From positions 64,001 through 128,000 of the forward strand of contig JAVJQW010000050.1 of NCBI GenBank assembly GCA_040218735.1: a DNA stretch of 64,000 bases. Reading direction: 5' to 3'. Below are positions 9,796 through 21,009 of this stretch, in pieces. Made by a program: the position numbers and the translations under genes. Every line of letters starts with the position of its first letter. The first letter of the stretch is position 1. This DNA is from Deltaproteobacteria bacterium. GTDB lineage: Bacteria; Myxococcota; Kuafuiibacteriia; Kuafuiibacteriales; Kuafuiibacteriaceae. The notes below the pieces were generated by a model, which was given only the letters and a program-made list of their open reading frames with translations, was not told the DNA's origin and searched no databases.

Positions 9796-10437
9796 TCAGT
9801 GCGGCTGCGAAGCCGCGCCACCGGGCTGCGAGGCCGGCCGGACCGGCTGCGGCGCCGGCATCTTCGGCGGGGCCTTCGCACCGGGCGGCGCCGGCACCGG
9901 CTTGGCGATGCCCTTCTTGAGGACGAGGTGCTGCCCCTCGGTGCCCGTCTTCACGGGCTCGGGGATCGTCGCGTAGAGGTCGTCCTCGCCGCGGGTCATC
10001 GGGTCGCCGTCGCGGTCGAGGCGCGCCGTGACGATGAACGGCCCGGTGAACGGGATGCCGGGGACCATCACGTTACCCGGCCCGAGCTCGTAGGCCTTCG
10101 GGAGCTGGACGGGTGCGAAGCGCTGCACGGCGACGAGGCGGCCGGCGAGGCCGCCACCTTGGCTCTCTCGGGCCATGACGAACAGGACGTCGGTCGGCTT
10201 CACTTCGTCGGGGCTGAGGCCCTCACCAAGCTTCACGAGGCCGGAGAACGGAGCGCCAGCGGGGCCCGCTTCGATCTTGCCGTGCGGTGAAGAGGCGGCC
10301 CCGGAGGCCGCCTGAGCGGGCTGGGAGGCGGCCGGTGCTTTGGCCTGATCGGCGGCGGGCGGGGCCTTCGTCTCCTGCTTGCAGGCGAACGCGAGGCCGA
10401 GGCCGAGAACGCCGGCCACGAGCGTGGTGAGTCGCAT
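9796..10437 (-). CDS. Lipoprotein with CcmI/CycH C-terminal Ig-like domain
   Basis: Lipobox LAFA-C; TDVLFVMAR...LVAVQR...LPKAYELGPGNVMVPG...VTARLDRDGD; start refined to ATG 10437. Confidence 0.75.
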   Translation of the reverse strand: MRLTTLVAGVLGLGLAFACKQETKAPPAADQAKAPAASQPAQAASGAASSPHGKIEAGPAGAPFSGLVKLGEGLSPDEVKPTDVLFVMARESQGGGLAGRLVAVQRFAPVQLPKAYELGPGNVMVPGIPFTGPFIVTARLDRDGDPMTRGEDDLYATIPEPVKTGTEGQHLVLKKGIAKPVPAPPGAKAPPKMPAPQPVRPASQPGGAASQPH

Positions 10438-10450
10438 GGACCCGTTACTG

Positions 10451-10924
10451 CTACATCCGTTTCGGGAAGTCGAGGGCGCCGAGCTTGAGAGAGCCCTTCG
10501 GGGCTTCGTCGCCTTCCTTGGGCGCCGTGTTCGACTCCTCTTTGGCGGCGAACTTCGAGAACTCCTTGGCGGTCTTGCCAACGTTCTCGCGGCGCTCTTC
10601 GTCCTTGGCGCGGTTGAGCGCCTTCATCGCGTCGATGACTTTGTCACGATCGACGATCGCCACGAGCTGCTTGGCAGCTCGCGGCGAGTCTTGCTCCGTC
10701 TCGAGGAGGTGCGCGACGATCAGGACCGTCTCGACGCAGTCGATGAGATCCGGCCCCTCGTCGATGAACGCGTCCACGATCTGCTCGACCGTGGACAGCG
10801 CTTCGGCGGAGAAGACAGCGGCCTCCTGGCCATCGTCGCCGTCCTCGATGAGGTTGGCGATCGCTTCCTTGACGCTGCGGTGGACGTCGGTCTCCTCGCG
10901 GAGCGCCCCGGTCTCTTCGGTCAT
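10451..10924 (-). CDS. Hypothetical acidic helical protein
   Basis: 157 aa with typical codon bias; preceded by TTGCCG-N18-TAGCGT 8 nt before the ATG. Confidence 0.75.
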   Translation of the reverse strand: MTEETGALREETDVHRSVKEAIANLIEDGDDGQEAAVFSAEALSTVEQIVDAFIDEGPDLIDCVETVLIVAHLLETEQDSPRAAKQLVAIVDRDKVIDAMKALNRAKDEERRENVGKTAKEFSKFAAKEESNTAPKEGDEAPKGSLKLGALDFPKRM

Positions 10925-10964
10925 GTGGGCCTACGCTAACGGGCCGGTGGCACCGACGGCAACG

Positions 10965-11171
10965 TCAGGCGCGGTAGTTTTGGATCTGAGCGGCCGCGGC
11001 CGAGTCCCCAGCCGAGGAGTTGCCCGTGAAGAGCGAGCCGGCGGTGAACGCGGTGAGCGCGGTGCGGAGCTTGGTTCCGAAGAGCCATCCACCAACCTTG
11101 CGGGCGACGCCCCCGAGGGTGGCACGAAGGCCGGTGCTTCCGGCGGCGGCGATGATTGCGGGAAGAGCCAT
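10965..11171 (-). CDS. Small cationic Gly/Ala-rich peptide (68 aa)
   Basis: ATG preceded by AAAGGAA RBS; fills an otherwise empty gap; GC3-rich codons. Confidence 0.65.
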   Translation of the reverse strand: MALPAIIAAAGSTGLRATLGGVARKVGGWLFGTKLRTALTAFTAGSLFTGNSSAGDSAAAAQIQNYRA

Positions 11172-11233
11172 GATGCGTTCCTTTGCTTTCTGGTCGGTGG
11201 TCCGTGTGAGGACGTCCCCCGAGTTCCAAAGAC

Positions 11234-11260
11234 GTTATCGGGGGTCGTTCGGATTCGTTG
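11234..11260 (-). promoter_or_regulatory. sigma28 (FliA)-like promoter candidate
   Basis: Minus strand CAAC-N15-CCGATAAC, about 60 nt upstream of the peptide ATG (consensus TAAA-N15-GCCGATAA). Confidence 0.45.
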
Positions 11261-11372
11261 CGCCGAATCATCAAAAAAGTAGAGCAATCTTACGCACTTA
11301 GTGCGATAAGGTGTGCATGAGTCGGTTGAGGTATGACATTCGGACGCATGCGATCCGAGGTGTTCCAACCCC

Positions 11373-11401
11373 TTGACTCCCGCGTTCCCACCCCCTAGAG
11401 C
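11373..11401 (+). promoter_or_regulatory. sigma70 promoter candidate for rplU-rpmA-obgE
   Basis: TTGACT-N17-TAGAGC. Confidence 0.5.
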
Positions 11402-11474
11402 AGAACGTCCGCGGGCCCTGAGGGCCCGATTTTGTTGGTGGGATCGGGCACCCCAAAGCCCGGAGGTTTCGAAG

Positions 11475-11786
11475 ATGTACGCTGTCGTAGTGGCAGGTGG
11501 GAAGCAGCACCGAGTTCGTGAAGGCGACCTGCTTCGTGTCGAGAAGGTCGAAGGCGACGTGGGGAGCTCCGTGACGCTCGACCGCGTTTTGATGATCGGC
11601 GGGGACGAGCCCACGTTTGGGATGCCCACCGTCGAAGGCGCCACCGTGGAGGCGGAGATCGTCCGCCAGGGTCGGTCGCGCAAGGTGCTCGTGTTCAAGA
11701 AGAAGCGCCGCAAGAACTACCGGAGGATGTACGGGCACCGCCAGCCGTTCACGCACCTCCGCGTCACGGGAATCAAGGTGGGCTGA
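11475..11786 (+). CDS. rplU: 50S ribosomal protein L21
   Basis: [14 protein letters not shown]...[20 protein letters not shown]; GGAGG RBS. Confidence 0.97.
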   Translation: MYAVVVAGGKQHRVREGDLLRVEKVEGDVGSSVTLDRVLMIGGDEPTFGMPTVEGATVEAEIVRQGRSRKVLVFKKKRRKNYRRMYGHRQPFTHLRVTGIKVG

Positions 11787-11790
11787 ATCC

Positions 11791-12057
11791 ATGGCACACA
11801 AAAAAGGCCAAGGCTCTACTCGTAACGGGCGCGACTCCAACCCGAAGTACCTCGGGCTCAAGGTCGGCGCCGGTGAAACCGTCAGCGCGGGCACGATCAT
11901 CGTGCGCCAGCGCGGCACGCGCATCCACCCCGGCCGCAACGTCGGCATGGGCCGCGACCACACGCTGTTCGCGCTGGTGGACGGCAAGGTCGAGTTCGCG
12001 TCGTACCGTGGCGATCGCCGCCAAGCGACGATCGTTCCGGTCGAAGCCGAAGCGTAA
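11791..12057 (+). CDS. rpmA: 50S ribosomal protein L27
   Basis: [16 protein letters not shown]...IIVRQRGT...GRDHTLFAL. Confidence 0.98.
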   Translation: MAHKKGQGSTRNGRDSNPKYLGLKVGAGETVSAGTIIVRQRGTRIHPGRNVGMGRDHTLFALVDGKVEFASYRGDRRQATIVPVEAEA

Positions 12058-12072
12058 GCCACGCCCGACTGA

Positions 12073-14186
<2,114 letters not shown>

Positions 14187-14211
14187 GCGAGGCGACGCCC
14201 TCCCCGCTCGT

Positions 14212-15906
14212 CTACGGCGCCATCACGTCGGCGTACACGAAGTCGATCGTGAGCTTCTTCTTCTTCGCGTACGGCTTCTTCAGGTTCTTCTTCGCGGCGG
14301 CGTGAACGTTCGGGTCCCCGACGCGCGCGAGGCACTGGCGATAGTCACGCTCGGCCGCGTCGCGGCGCCCGAGCACGTCCGACGCGCGCCCTCGCCACAG
14401 ATAGAACGTCGCGATGCGCTCCGCGTGCGGGTGCCCGAGCTCGAGCGCCCGGTCGAACGCGGCGTGCGCGCCGTTGGCGTCGCCGAGGTCCAGCGCAAGG
14501 AACCCGTCGAGCGCGTGATACAGCGTCTCCTCCGGCTGGTGCGTGAGCCCCTTCTTCACCTGCGTGCGCGACGCGGCCGCGTCCTCCTCGTCGAAGTACG
14601 CGAGGTACGCGTCGCGGTACGCCTCGAACGCCGGCGTGTCGTCGCTCGACGTCGTCAGCGTTCCCGCCGCCGGGTGGTGATCCGCCTCCGTCAGCGAGAA
14701 CGGAACGTAGGTCCCGATCGACGTCGGCGCCTCCCCCGTCGCGACCCACAGCGTGCGGTCCGTCGGCGAGAACACCACCGACCCCACCGTCATCAACATC
14801 CCGATCGCCCCGCTGATCCGACAGTCGATACCGCCGTGATCCGCGAGGATCGACGCCATCGACTCCGGCGACAGCGGCCCCTCGCGCTGCTCGAGCAGCT
14901 CGTTCGCGCGGCGGTGCCGGTTCGAGTTGTGACGCCAGTACGACGGGTACAGGTTCACCTCCGTCGCGCCGAGCGCCTCGTCCAAGTAGACGTTTGCGTA
15001 GCCGAACGTGTTGTCCTCGGCCTTCGTGCGCCGCACCGCCTTTCGGTTCGGGTTCTCTTCGAGGCAAAGCACCTCCTTGCGCTCGCCGTCCGTCACCACG
15101 TACGTCCAGCAGCCGATCGGCGTGTGCTCCTTCAGGATCTTCTCCGCGTCGTCGAGGTTCTCCGCCTCCCGCATCACGATGTCGCCGACGAGCCCCGTCG
15201 GGATGCCGCCGAAGCGCGTCTGATCCGTGAACAGGTGCTGGTGCACCGTGATCGTGAGGCCCGCCTCGTTCATCGCGGTGACGCCGCCCAACGGCACCCC
15301 CGCCGACGCGACCGACACGTACCGCTGCCCGCGCTCCGGCTCCGCGAAGATCACCGTCGTCTCGGCCGGCCACGGCGTCACGCCGTAGAAGTCGAAGTTG
15401 CGCGCGTGCAGCAGGCGCCCGTCCGTCGTCGCGTCACCCCACGCGATCGCGCTGGTGCACCCGAGGCCGAGCATCAAGCGGTGCGCGACCGCGGGCCCCG
15501 GCTGCTGCAGCTGCATCATCCGGCTCGCGACCCACAGGAACGAGTCCGGCATCGTGTACCCGTCGATCAACGACTCCAGCTTCAGGTTCGCGCCGTCCGC
15601 GAGCCCCTCCAGCGTCTGCCGCGCAAAGGTGGGGAGCTTCTTCTCCACCCGCTTCGCGAGGAGCTGCCGCACCAATGCCCACGCGACCGGCGACCACGCC
15701 CCCCGCAGCGGCCCCGCGACGGCGCGCTCGAGGTACTTCTTGAAGTACGGCACCGGCCCGCGGGCGATCTGCTCCGCGAGCGCCTCGCCGTGCTGGTACC
15801 CCATCTCGTAGAAGTTCCCGCGCACGCGCAGGATGTTGATGCCCTCGACGCGCTCGAGGACGGGCTTCGCCGCGCGGGGCGCGGTCTCTTTGGCTACTGC
15901 GATCAT
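14212..15906 (-). CDS. C45-family (NAAA/acyl-CoA:6-APA acyltransferase-like) Ntn hydrolase with C-terminal TPR
   Basis: YEMGYQHG, G|CTSAIAWG autoproteolysis site, HARNFDF, AMNEAGL; TPR-like helices at the end. Confidence 0.85.
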   Translation of the reverse strand: MIAVAKETAPRAAKPVLERVEGINILRVRGNFYEMGYQHGEALAEQIARGPVPYFKKYLERAVAGPLRGAWSPVAWALVRQLLAKRVEKKLPTFARQTLEGLADGANLKLESLIDGYTMPDSFLWVASRMMQLQQPGPAVAHRLMLGLGCTSAIAWGDATTDGRLLHARNFDFYGVTPWPAETTVIFAEPERGQRYVSVASAGVPLGGVTAMNEAGLTITVHQHLFTDQTRFGGIPTGLVGDIVMREAENLDDAEKILKEHTPIGCWTYVVTDGERKEVLCLEENPNRKAVRRTKAEDNTFGYANVYLDEALGATEVNLYPSYWRHNSNRHRRANELLEQREGPLSPESMASILADHGGIDCRISGAIGMLMTVGSVVFSPTDRTLWVATGEAPTSIGTYVPFSLTEADHHPAAGTLTTSSDDTPAFEAYRDAYLAYFDEEDAAASRTQVKKGLTHQPEETLYHALDGFLALDLGDANGAHAAFDRALELGHPHAERIATFYLWRGRASDVLGRRDAAERDYRQCLARVGDPNVHAAAKKNLKKPYAKKKKLTIDFVYADVMAP

Positions 15907-16640
15907 TTCGACTCCTCACTTCGCTCGGGAAGCTCGCCACTTTCGAGTAGTGCCGCTGCGAGTAGACGTGGCGTCGCCCACTCGTGAAAGGCCGCGACCA
16001 GACGCCGCACGGTGTCCGCGTCGCGGGATTCGATGAAATCGACGACGGCGACGAGCCCCTGCAAGTGCGGCGGCGTCGCCAGACGCACGTTCGAAAACAG
16101 CGTCTCGTGTTCGTCGTAGATGGCTGCGTTCCAGTGGACCAACGCCTCGAGCAGGCGGTTCTTCGACGCGCGCGCGATGAGGAGCGCCATCTCGGACAAC
16201 AGGCGAGCGTAGTGCTCCGGCGCATCGAGCGCGTCTTCGATGTGGCCCAGCATCGCGCGCATCGCCGCGAGGTCCTCCTCCGTCCGACGCTCGGCCGCGA
16301 GGCCCGCCATGAGGACGTCCAGCTCCGCGCGGACCTCCAACAGGTCCCCGAGCACCGCCGTGTCGATCGCGCCGTCCGTGGGCCTCAGCATGGCGCTGAG
16401 GACCTCGGGGCTCAGCGACTGCAGCGGGTCCAGCACCTCGGTGCCGCGACGCCGCACCGGGCGCACCAGGCGGTGCACCTCGAGCAGCTTGATCGCCTCG
16501 CGCACCACGGACCGGTTCACGCCGTAGCGCTCCGCGAGGTCCGCCTCGCGCGGGAGGATGTCCCCTACCGCCAGCGTGCCGGAGACGACCTGCCCCAGCA
16601 GGTCCCGCGCGACACGATCGGCTTTGCGGGCGACCTCCAT
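15903..16640 (-). CDS. GntR/FadR-family transcriptional regulator
   Basis: LPREADLAERYGVNRSVVREAIKLL wHTH plus FCD-like domain. Confidence 0.92.
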   Translation of the reverse strand: MEVARKADRVARDLLGQVVSGTLAVGDILPREADLAERYGVNRSVVREAIKLLEVHRLVRPVRRRGTEVLDPLQSLSPEVLSAMLRPTDGAIDTAVLGDLLEVRAELDVLMAGLAAERRTEEDLAAMRAMLGHIEDALDAPEHYARLLSEMALLIARASKNRLLEALVHWNAAIYDEHETLFSNVRLATPPHLQGLVAVVDFIESRDADTVRRLVAAFHEWATPRLLAAALLESGELPERSEESK

Positions 16641-16650
16641 GGTCGACCAC

Positions 16651-16697
16651 CCTATAAGTCGGACTTATTCGCGGTCAACCCAATAAGTCGGACTTTT
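16651..16697 (-). promoter_or_regulatory. Two FadR-type operators overlapping a sigma70 promoter
   Basis: ATAAGTCGGACTTAT (16654-16668) and ATAAGTCGGACTTTT (16683-16697); minus-strand TTGACC-N16-TATAGG. Confidence 0.8.
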
Positions 16698-17557
16698 TAG
16701 GGTGTCGCCGGCGCGGGGGCCGCCTGCAGCTCGGGGACGTCGGCGCCCACGCCCGGGTCGGGCGCGCCGGGTGCGTAGACGGCGGTGCCGAAGCGCTTCA
16801 CGCCGAAGGACGCCACGATCTTCTGGCCCTCCTCGGACGTGATGAAGTCGTACAGCCCCGGGTGACGCGGGCGCTTGGTGCGGCTGGGGTGGACCTCGAC
16901 GATCACCATGCGCAGCACGAGCGCCGGGTCCCCCGCTTTGTAGATGCGGTGCGGGAGCTTGCCCTCCGCGGCCGCGAGGAGCAGCGACGATCGTTTCACC
17001 ATCGCGAAGGCGTTCTTTTGGATCGCCGCGCGCGCGAGGGCGAGGCCCTCGAAGTCGGTGTCGAACCACGCGCCGGGTTCGGCGGCGTCTCCACCTTCGA
17101 TGAAGAGTTTGGTGTGGCGTGCGTGCTCGACGGAGCCGCGCTTGCCCTTGAGATAGCGGTAGTTCAGGCGGCTGACGTTCTCGAGGAACGCGGCCCCCGA
17201 AGCCTTGCCGTGTTTGCCGAGCCGATCGTCGTACGGCCCGATCACCATGAGCTCCTCGTGCGCGTAGGTCTCGGCGCGAATCGGGATCCCCGCTTTGTCC
17301 AATCGCTCGAGCGCCCGCTCGGAGATCACAAACGCCGTGTCGACCTTCCCGGCCGATGCGAGCTCGAAGAGTTTGTCGGTGTCCGCGTAGATGAGCTCGG
17401 TGCGTTGCTTCGACGACTCTTCATAGGAGGCCTGGATGAACTCACCCAAACCCAACTCTTTCAGCGTCGCGTCGACCCCGAATCGAATCGTGTCTTCCTC
17501 GTCCTGTGGGCAACCCATCAGAACGAGCATCGAGCTCAGAACCCACGCGCGTTTCAC
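16697..17557 (-). CDS. Divergent TupA-like (PBP superfamily) substrate-binding lipoprotein
   Basis: Lipobox LMG-C; ELMVIGPYDD, AFAMVKRSS, GDPALV...VHP, FITSEEGQKIVASFG. Confidence 0.65.
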   Translation of the reverse strand: MKRAWVLSSMLVLMGCPQDEEDTIRFGVDATLKELGLGEFIQASYEESSKQRTELIYADTDKLFELASAGKVDTAFVISERALERLDKAGIPIRAETYAHEELMVIGPYDDRLGKHGKASGAAFLENVSRLNYRYLKGKRGSVEHARHTKLFIEGGDAAEPGAWFDTDFEGLALARAAIQKNAFAMVKRSSLLLAAAEGKLPHRIYKAGDPALVLRMVIVEVHPSRTKRPRHPGLYDFITSEEGQKIVASFGVKRFGTAVYAPGAPDPGVGADVPELQAAPAPATP

Positions 17558-17576
17558 GTACTCACCTCGTAGAAAT

Positions 17577-17612
17577 GCCGAAGGGGAGGCCGCATAGCGA
17601 CCTCCCCTCGGC
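17577..17612 (-). terminator. Strong hairpin downstream of the multiheme gene
   Basis: gccgaaggggagg...cctcccctcggc stem followed by ATTTCT on the minus strand; second weaker hairpin at about 17642-17658. Confidence 0.6.
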
Positions 17613-17688
17613 GAGCAATGACTACTCAGGTTGAACGTTACCCCAGCCTAAGCCGGGGCCGAACCCCTGGTTGCGATGTGACGACGAG

Positions 17689-20600
17689 TTACTGATCCAG
17701 GTTCTCGTTGTCTCTCTTCACCAGGTTCAGCATCTTGTTGAGCAGGTACTGGTTCAGCGGACCGGCCATCTGAGCGAAGGTCGGGTACTGACGCACGTAC
17801 GTGCCGTTCCATGCTGGGTTCCCAGCCGCGCCAGGCGTGTACTTGGCGGGGTGGTTGTTGTAGGCCAACGGGAAGCCCGTGTCCTCAATCACGAAGTAGT
17901 CCATCTGCTGATTCACGTTGAACGCCGTCGGATCCAGGTTCGCGTCGAAACGGAACCCAGCGGCGGCGTCCACAACCGCATCCTGGTTGCTGTTGTTACG
18001 CGTAATCACACCGACATTGCCGAGCACCGCGAGGTACGCCGACACGTTCGCGAAACCGGCCGCATTTGCGCCGTAGCGCGCAAGGATGAGGTCCGTGTTA
18101 TCCGCGTTCGCGTTGATGTGGCAGTTCTCGCAGTTCATGAGCGTCGGGTGCGTACGCTGCACCGTGTGCGGCATGAACTGGTTCTCGCCCTGCGGGTTCT
18201 CGCCGAGATCCATCTCAGCGAACTGCTCCGCCGGGAGACCCGCGGACGGGTAACCAAGGCCGGTCGTCTCCGTCGCGTACTGCCTCAGCCCGTAGCCCGC
18301 ACGGTCGCGGTACAGGTTGTAGGCGATGTTCGCGTCGTTGTTCACGATGACCTTCGTCCCGAAGAACTCGTTGTTGTCCTTGTCGAGGTGCGCAACCTGC
18401 TGCTTCGTCTCCGGCAACATCTGAGCGATCTTGCCTTCGGAGTTGATCCCGTACTGGGTATCCAGCGGCGAGATGTACGTGAAGTCAGCCTCGGTCACGA
18501 CGCCGTAGCTCAGCTCACCCGTCGAACGCATGAAGTCACGCAGGATGACGTTGCCGTCGGTGTCCGCCAAGCGGAGGTGGCAGCCGAAGCAGCCGTTGCT
18601 CCACGTGGAGTGACATGCGTAGCACTCGAGGCCGCCCTGCATCTGGTCGACCGCGCTCGTGGCGCGGGAACCGAGGTGCGAGAAACCTTCCGTGATGCGC
18701 GTTGCGTTGTTGTTCGCGTCCTGGAGGCAGTTGTTCGGATCACCCGCGATGCAGGGCCCAACGCCGTTCGCGCCGTCCTGGTCCACACGACCGTGGAAGA
18801 TCGACGCCTGCAGCGAGTAGACCTCGGCGCCCGACGGACGGATCGCGCCGCCGCCAGTGCCGGTGCCGACGTTCGACACGGTGTCGAGCGTCTGCGCCAC
18901 GTAGTGGTACTGACCCGTGAACTTGCTGCGCAGCCAACGACCGCGACCGAGCCGGTTGCACTCCGGATCCGCCGTGTAGTTGTCGATGACTTCACCCTGC
19001 TCGGGGCACACGATCAGGTTCTTGATCGGGTTGCGGTTGTCCGCGTCATGCGGAACCGCACGGTACTCGAGGTTGCCGTGGCAGTGGACACACTCGACCT
19101 CGGTGCTCTGATCCATGTGCGACCAGATCGCGCCGGACATGTCCTTCACCTGCGCCTCGTCGGCCCAATCCGTGACCTGCTTGACCTTCACGAACTTCAG
19201 CTCGTTGTGCATCTCGCCAGACGTGTGGCAATCCATGCACTCCAGGCCCGCCGTGTAGTGGAAGTCAGCCGGGATATCGTCGTAACCGTCGTTGTCCCAG
19301 TCGACCATGCGAAGGACCTGGTCCTGCGCCTGGCCGTGGTAACGGCCGAAGTTCTCGTCGTTGATCTCGTCCGTGAACTTGAACTGATCCGCGTTCAGGA
19401 ACCCATTCGCGAACGCCGCGGCGACGGTGCGGTTCGGGTCGATCTGATAGCCACGGAACTGCCAGTCGGTGCGGTTCGAGCCGACGTGGCACGAGCCGCA
19501 ACGCTGCGACGACATCTGCAGGGAGATACGGTGAGCGATGGGGTGGGACCTCTCCGGTCCGAGCCACGCGCCGTTCAGGTTCTGCAGGTCGTTGGCGTTG
19601 AAGTTCGAGATCTGCGCGAAGGCGGCCGGGTAGGTCGGCTCCTGCTTGTTGATCATCTGGTCGAGCGAACGCGAACGTCCGTCGAGGGCGTACGGCATGT
19701 GGCAGCTGGCGCAACCCGAGGTGCGGAAGTCCGCATAACGGTTGTTCGCGCCGGCGTTGCCGAGGTGGCAGTCGCCGCACTGCTTGTCGTAGACCTCACG
19801 GAGGACGTCGATCTCGTTGTAGACGATGTTGTCGCGCTTACGCAGCGAGAACTTGTCGAGGCGCTGCACCGAACCGGTGTACTGGCTGTCGTACGCGATC
19901 GCGTCCAGCCCGCCGGAGCCCGGCGTCATACCTTCGGTCGTGTCCCACTGGTACGCGCCGTTGCCCTCACGGACGATCGTGCGCGGAATGCCGTCGCGGG
20001 CCTGCGCCACGCCGACGAGGCCGACGGCGGTCGCCATGACCGAACGCTTCACGTTCTCGACGCGATCCAGGTGGCAGCCGCTCTCACGGCCACAGGTCTG
20101 GTCCGCAACGCGGAGGTCGGACGGGTTGCGGAAGCGCAGCCACTCGAGGCCACCCTCGAAGCGCTCGACGCCCGCGAGCGTCAGGTAGTTCCAGTAGTAG
20201 CGGAGGTTCGGACGGCCCCACTGCGTGGAGTTCGTCTGCCACTCGCTCGGGATCGGCACGTGGGCCGTCTCGCGCGTGTTCGCCGTCGGGTTGCCGCCGT
20301 GGCAGCCCGAGCAAGGCTCGGTGGAGGCACCACCGAACGCGTGCGGGTGCGAGATGCCGTTGTGGCAGTTGTTCGTGCAGCTCTCCGGCGGCGGCGGGTC
20401 ATCTTCGATGCACTTACCGATCGCCGCGAGGTCCGTGCCGTCTTCCGCGAACGGATGGTCGGCGCAGAGCTCCTGCACGCAGAGGGGGCTCTTGTAGCCT
20501 TCACCCTGCCAGCACGCGGTCGTCTCGTCGGGAACACAGAGGTCACCCTCCTGGATGAATCCAGGAATGTTGCACTCCGGGTTCTCGCGGACACAGGCGC

Positions 20601-20937
20601 CGTTGGACAGCATATAGTTGTCCTGGCACGCAGCCGCGACACAGACGCACGACGTCGGGTTGATCTGCTGCGCGACCATCGAGGCCACGCCGTTCGGGAA
20701 CCCGGCGTTACACGTCACGTTTACGCACGGGTCCGGAATGGCCACGCACGCAGTTTTGTCTTCATTGGCGATCTCGCCGACGCCACACAGTAGAGCCTCA
20801 CAGACTCCATCCGCGTTCAGCGTCGTGCCTGGACCGCACGTCAATTTCTCCCCGCAGCCCCACATCAGGCCCGTGGAGAGAACAGTCACCAGGGCCAAGC
20901 CCCCCTGACTATTCCAACTTGGGTATCTTTTCCTCAT
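17689..20937 (-). CDS. Large multiheme c-type cytochrome lipoprotein
   Basis: Lipobox LMWG-C; Cys-rich N-terminal repeats; CSGCH, CGDCH, CASCH, CGSCH, CMDCH, CVHCH, CYACH, CFGCH, CENCH plus CTNNCH and CGRESGCH. Confidence 0.92.
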   Translation of the reverse strand: MRKRYPSWNSQGGLALVTVLSTGLMWGCGEKLTCGPGTTLNADGVCEALLCGVGEIANEDKTACVAIPDPCVNVTCNAGFPNGVASMVAQQINPTSCVCVAAACQDNYMLSNGACVRENPECNIPGFIQEGDLCVPDETTACWQGEGYKSPLCVQELCADHPFAEDGTDLAAIGKCIEDDPPPPESCTNNCHNGISHPHAFGGASTEPCSGCHGGNPTANTRETAHVPIPSEWQTNSTQWGRPNLRYYWNYLTLAGVERFEGGLEWLRFRNPSDLRVADQTCGRESGCHLDRVENVKRSVMATAVGLVGVAQARDGIPRTIVREGNGAYQWDTTEGMTPGSGGLDAIAYDSQYTGSVQRLDKFSLRKRDNIVYNEIDVLREVYDKQCGDCHLGNAGANNRYADFRTSGCASCHMPYALDGRSRSLDQMINKQEPTYPAAFAQISNFNANDLQNLNGAWLGPERSHPIAHRISLQMSSQRCGSCHVGSNRTDWQFRGYQIDPNRTVAAAFANGFLNADQFKFTDEINDENFGRYHGQAQDQVLRMVDWDNDGYDDIPADFHYTAGLECMDCHTSGEMHNELKFVKVKQVTDWADEAQVKDMSGAIWSHMDQSTEVECVHCHGNLEYRAVPHDADNRNPIKNLIVCPEQGEVIDNYTADPECNRLGRGRWLRSKFTGQYHYVAQTLDTVSNVGTGTGGGAIRPSGAEVYSLQASIFHGRVDQDGANGVGPCIAGDPNNCLQDANNNATRITEGFSHLGSRATSAVDQMQGGLECYACHSTWSNGCFGCHLRLADTDGNVILRDFMRSTGELSYGVVTEADFTYISPLDTQYGINSEGKIAQMLPETKQQVAHLDKDNNEFFGTKVIVNNDANIAYNLYRDRAGYGLRQYATETTGLGYPSAGLPAEQFAEMDLGENPQGENQFMPHTVQRTHPTLMNCENCHINANADNTDLILARYGANAAGFANVSAYLAVLGNVGVITRNNSNQDAVVDAAAGFRFDANLDPTAFNVNQQMDYFVIEDTGFPLAYNNHPAKYTPGAAGNPAWNGTYVRQYPTFAQMAGPLNQYLLNKMLNLVKRDNENLDQ

Positions 20938-21009
20938 TACTTCCGACCCCTTACCTAGTTTGGGCGTTCAACCTGTCGCGGGGCGCTCAACCCCACGCGA
21001 GTGTTATTG

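Noticed and set aside
10965-11171. Double-glycine bacteriocin precursor
   Set aside because: GG pairs are present, but there is no LSxxELxxIxGG-type leader and no peptidase-containing ABC exporter or modification enzymes nearby.
17671-20793. 1040-aa + strand ORF
   Set aside because: Mirror frame of the multiheme cytochrome gene.
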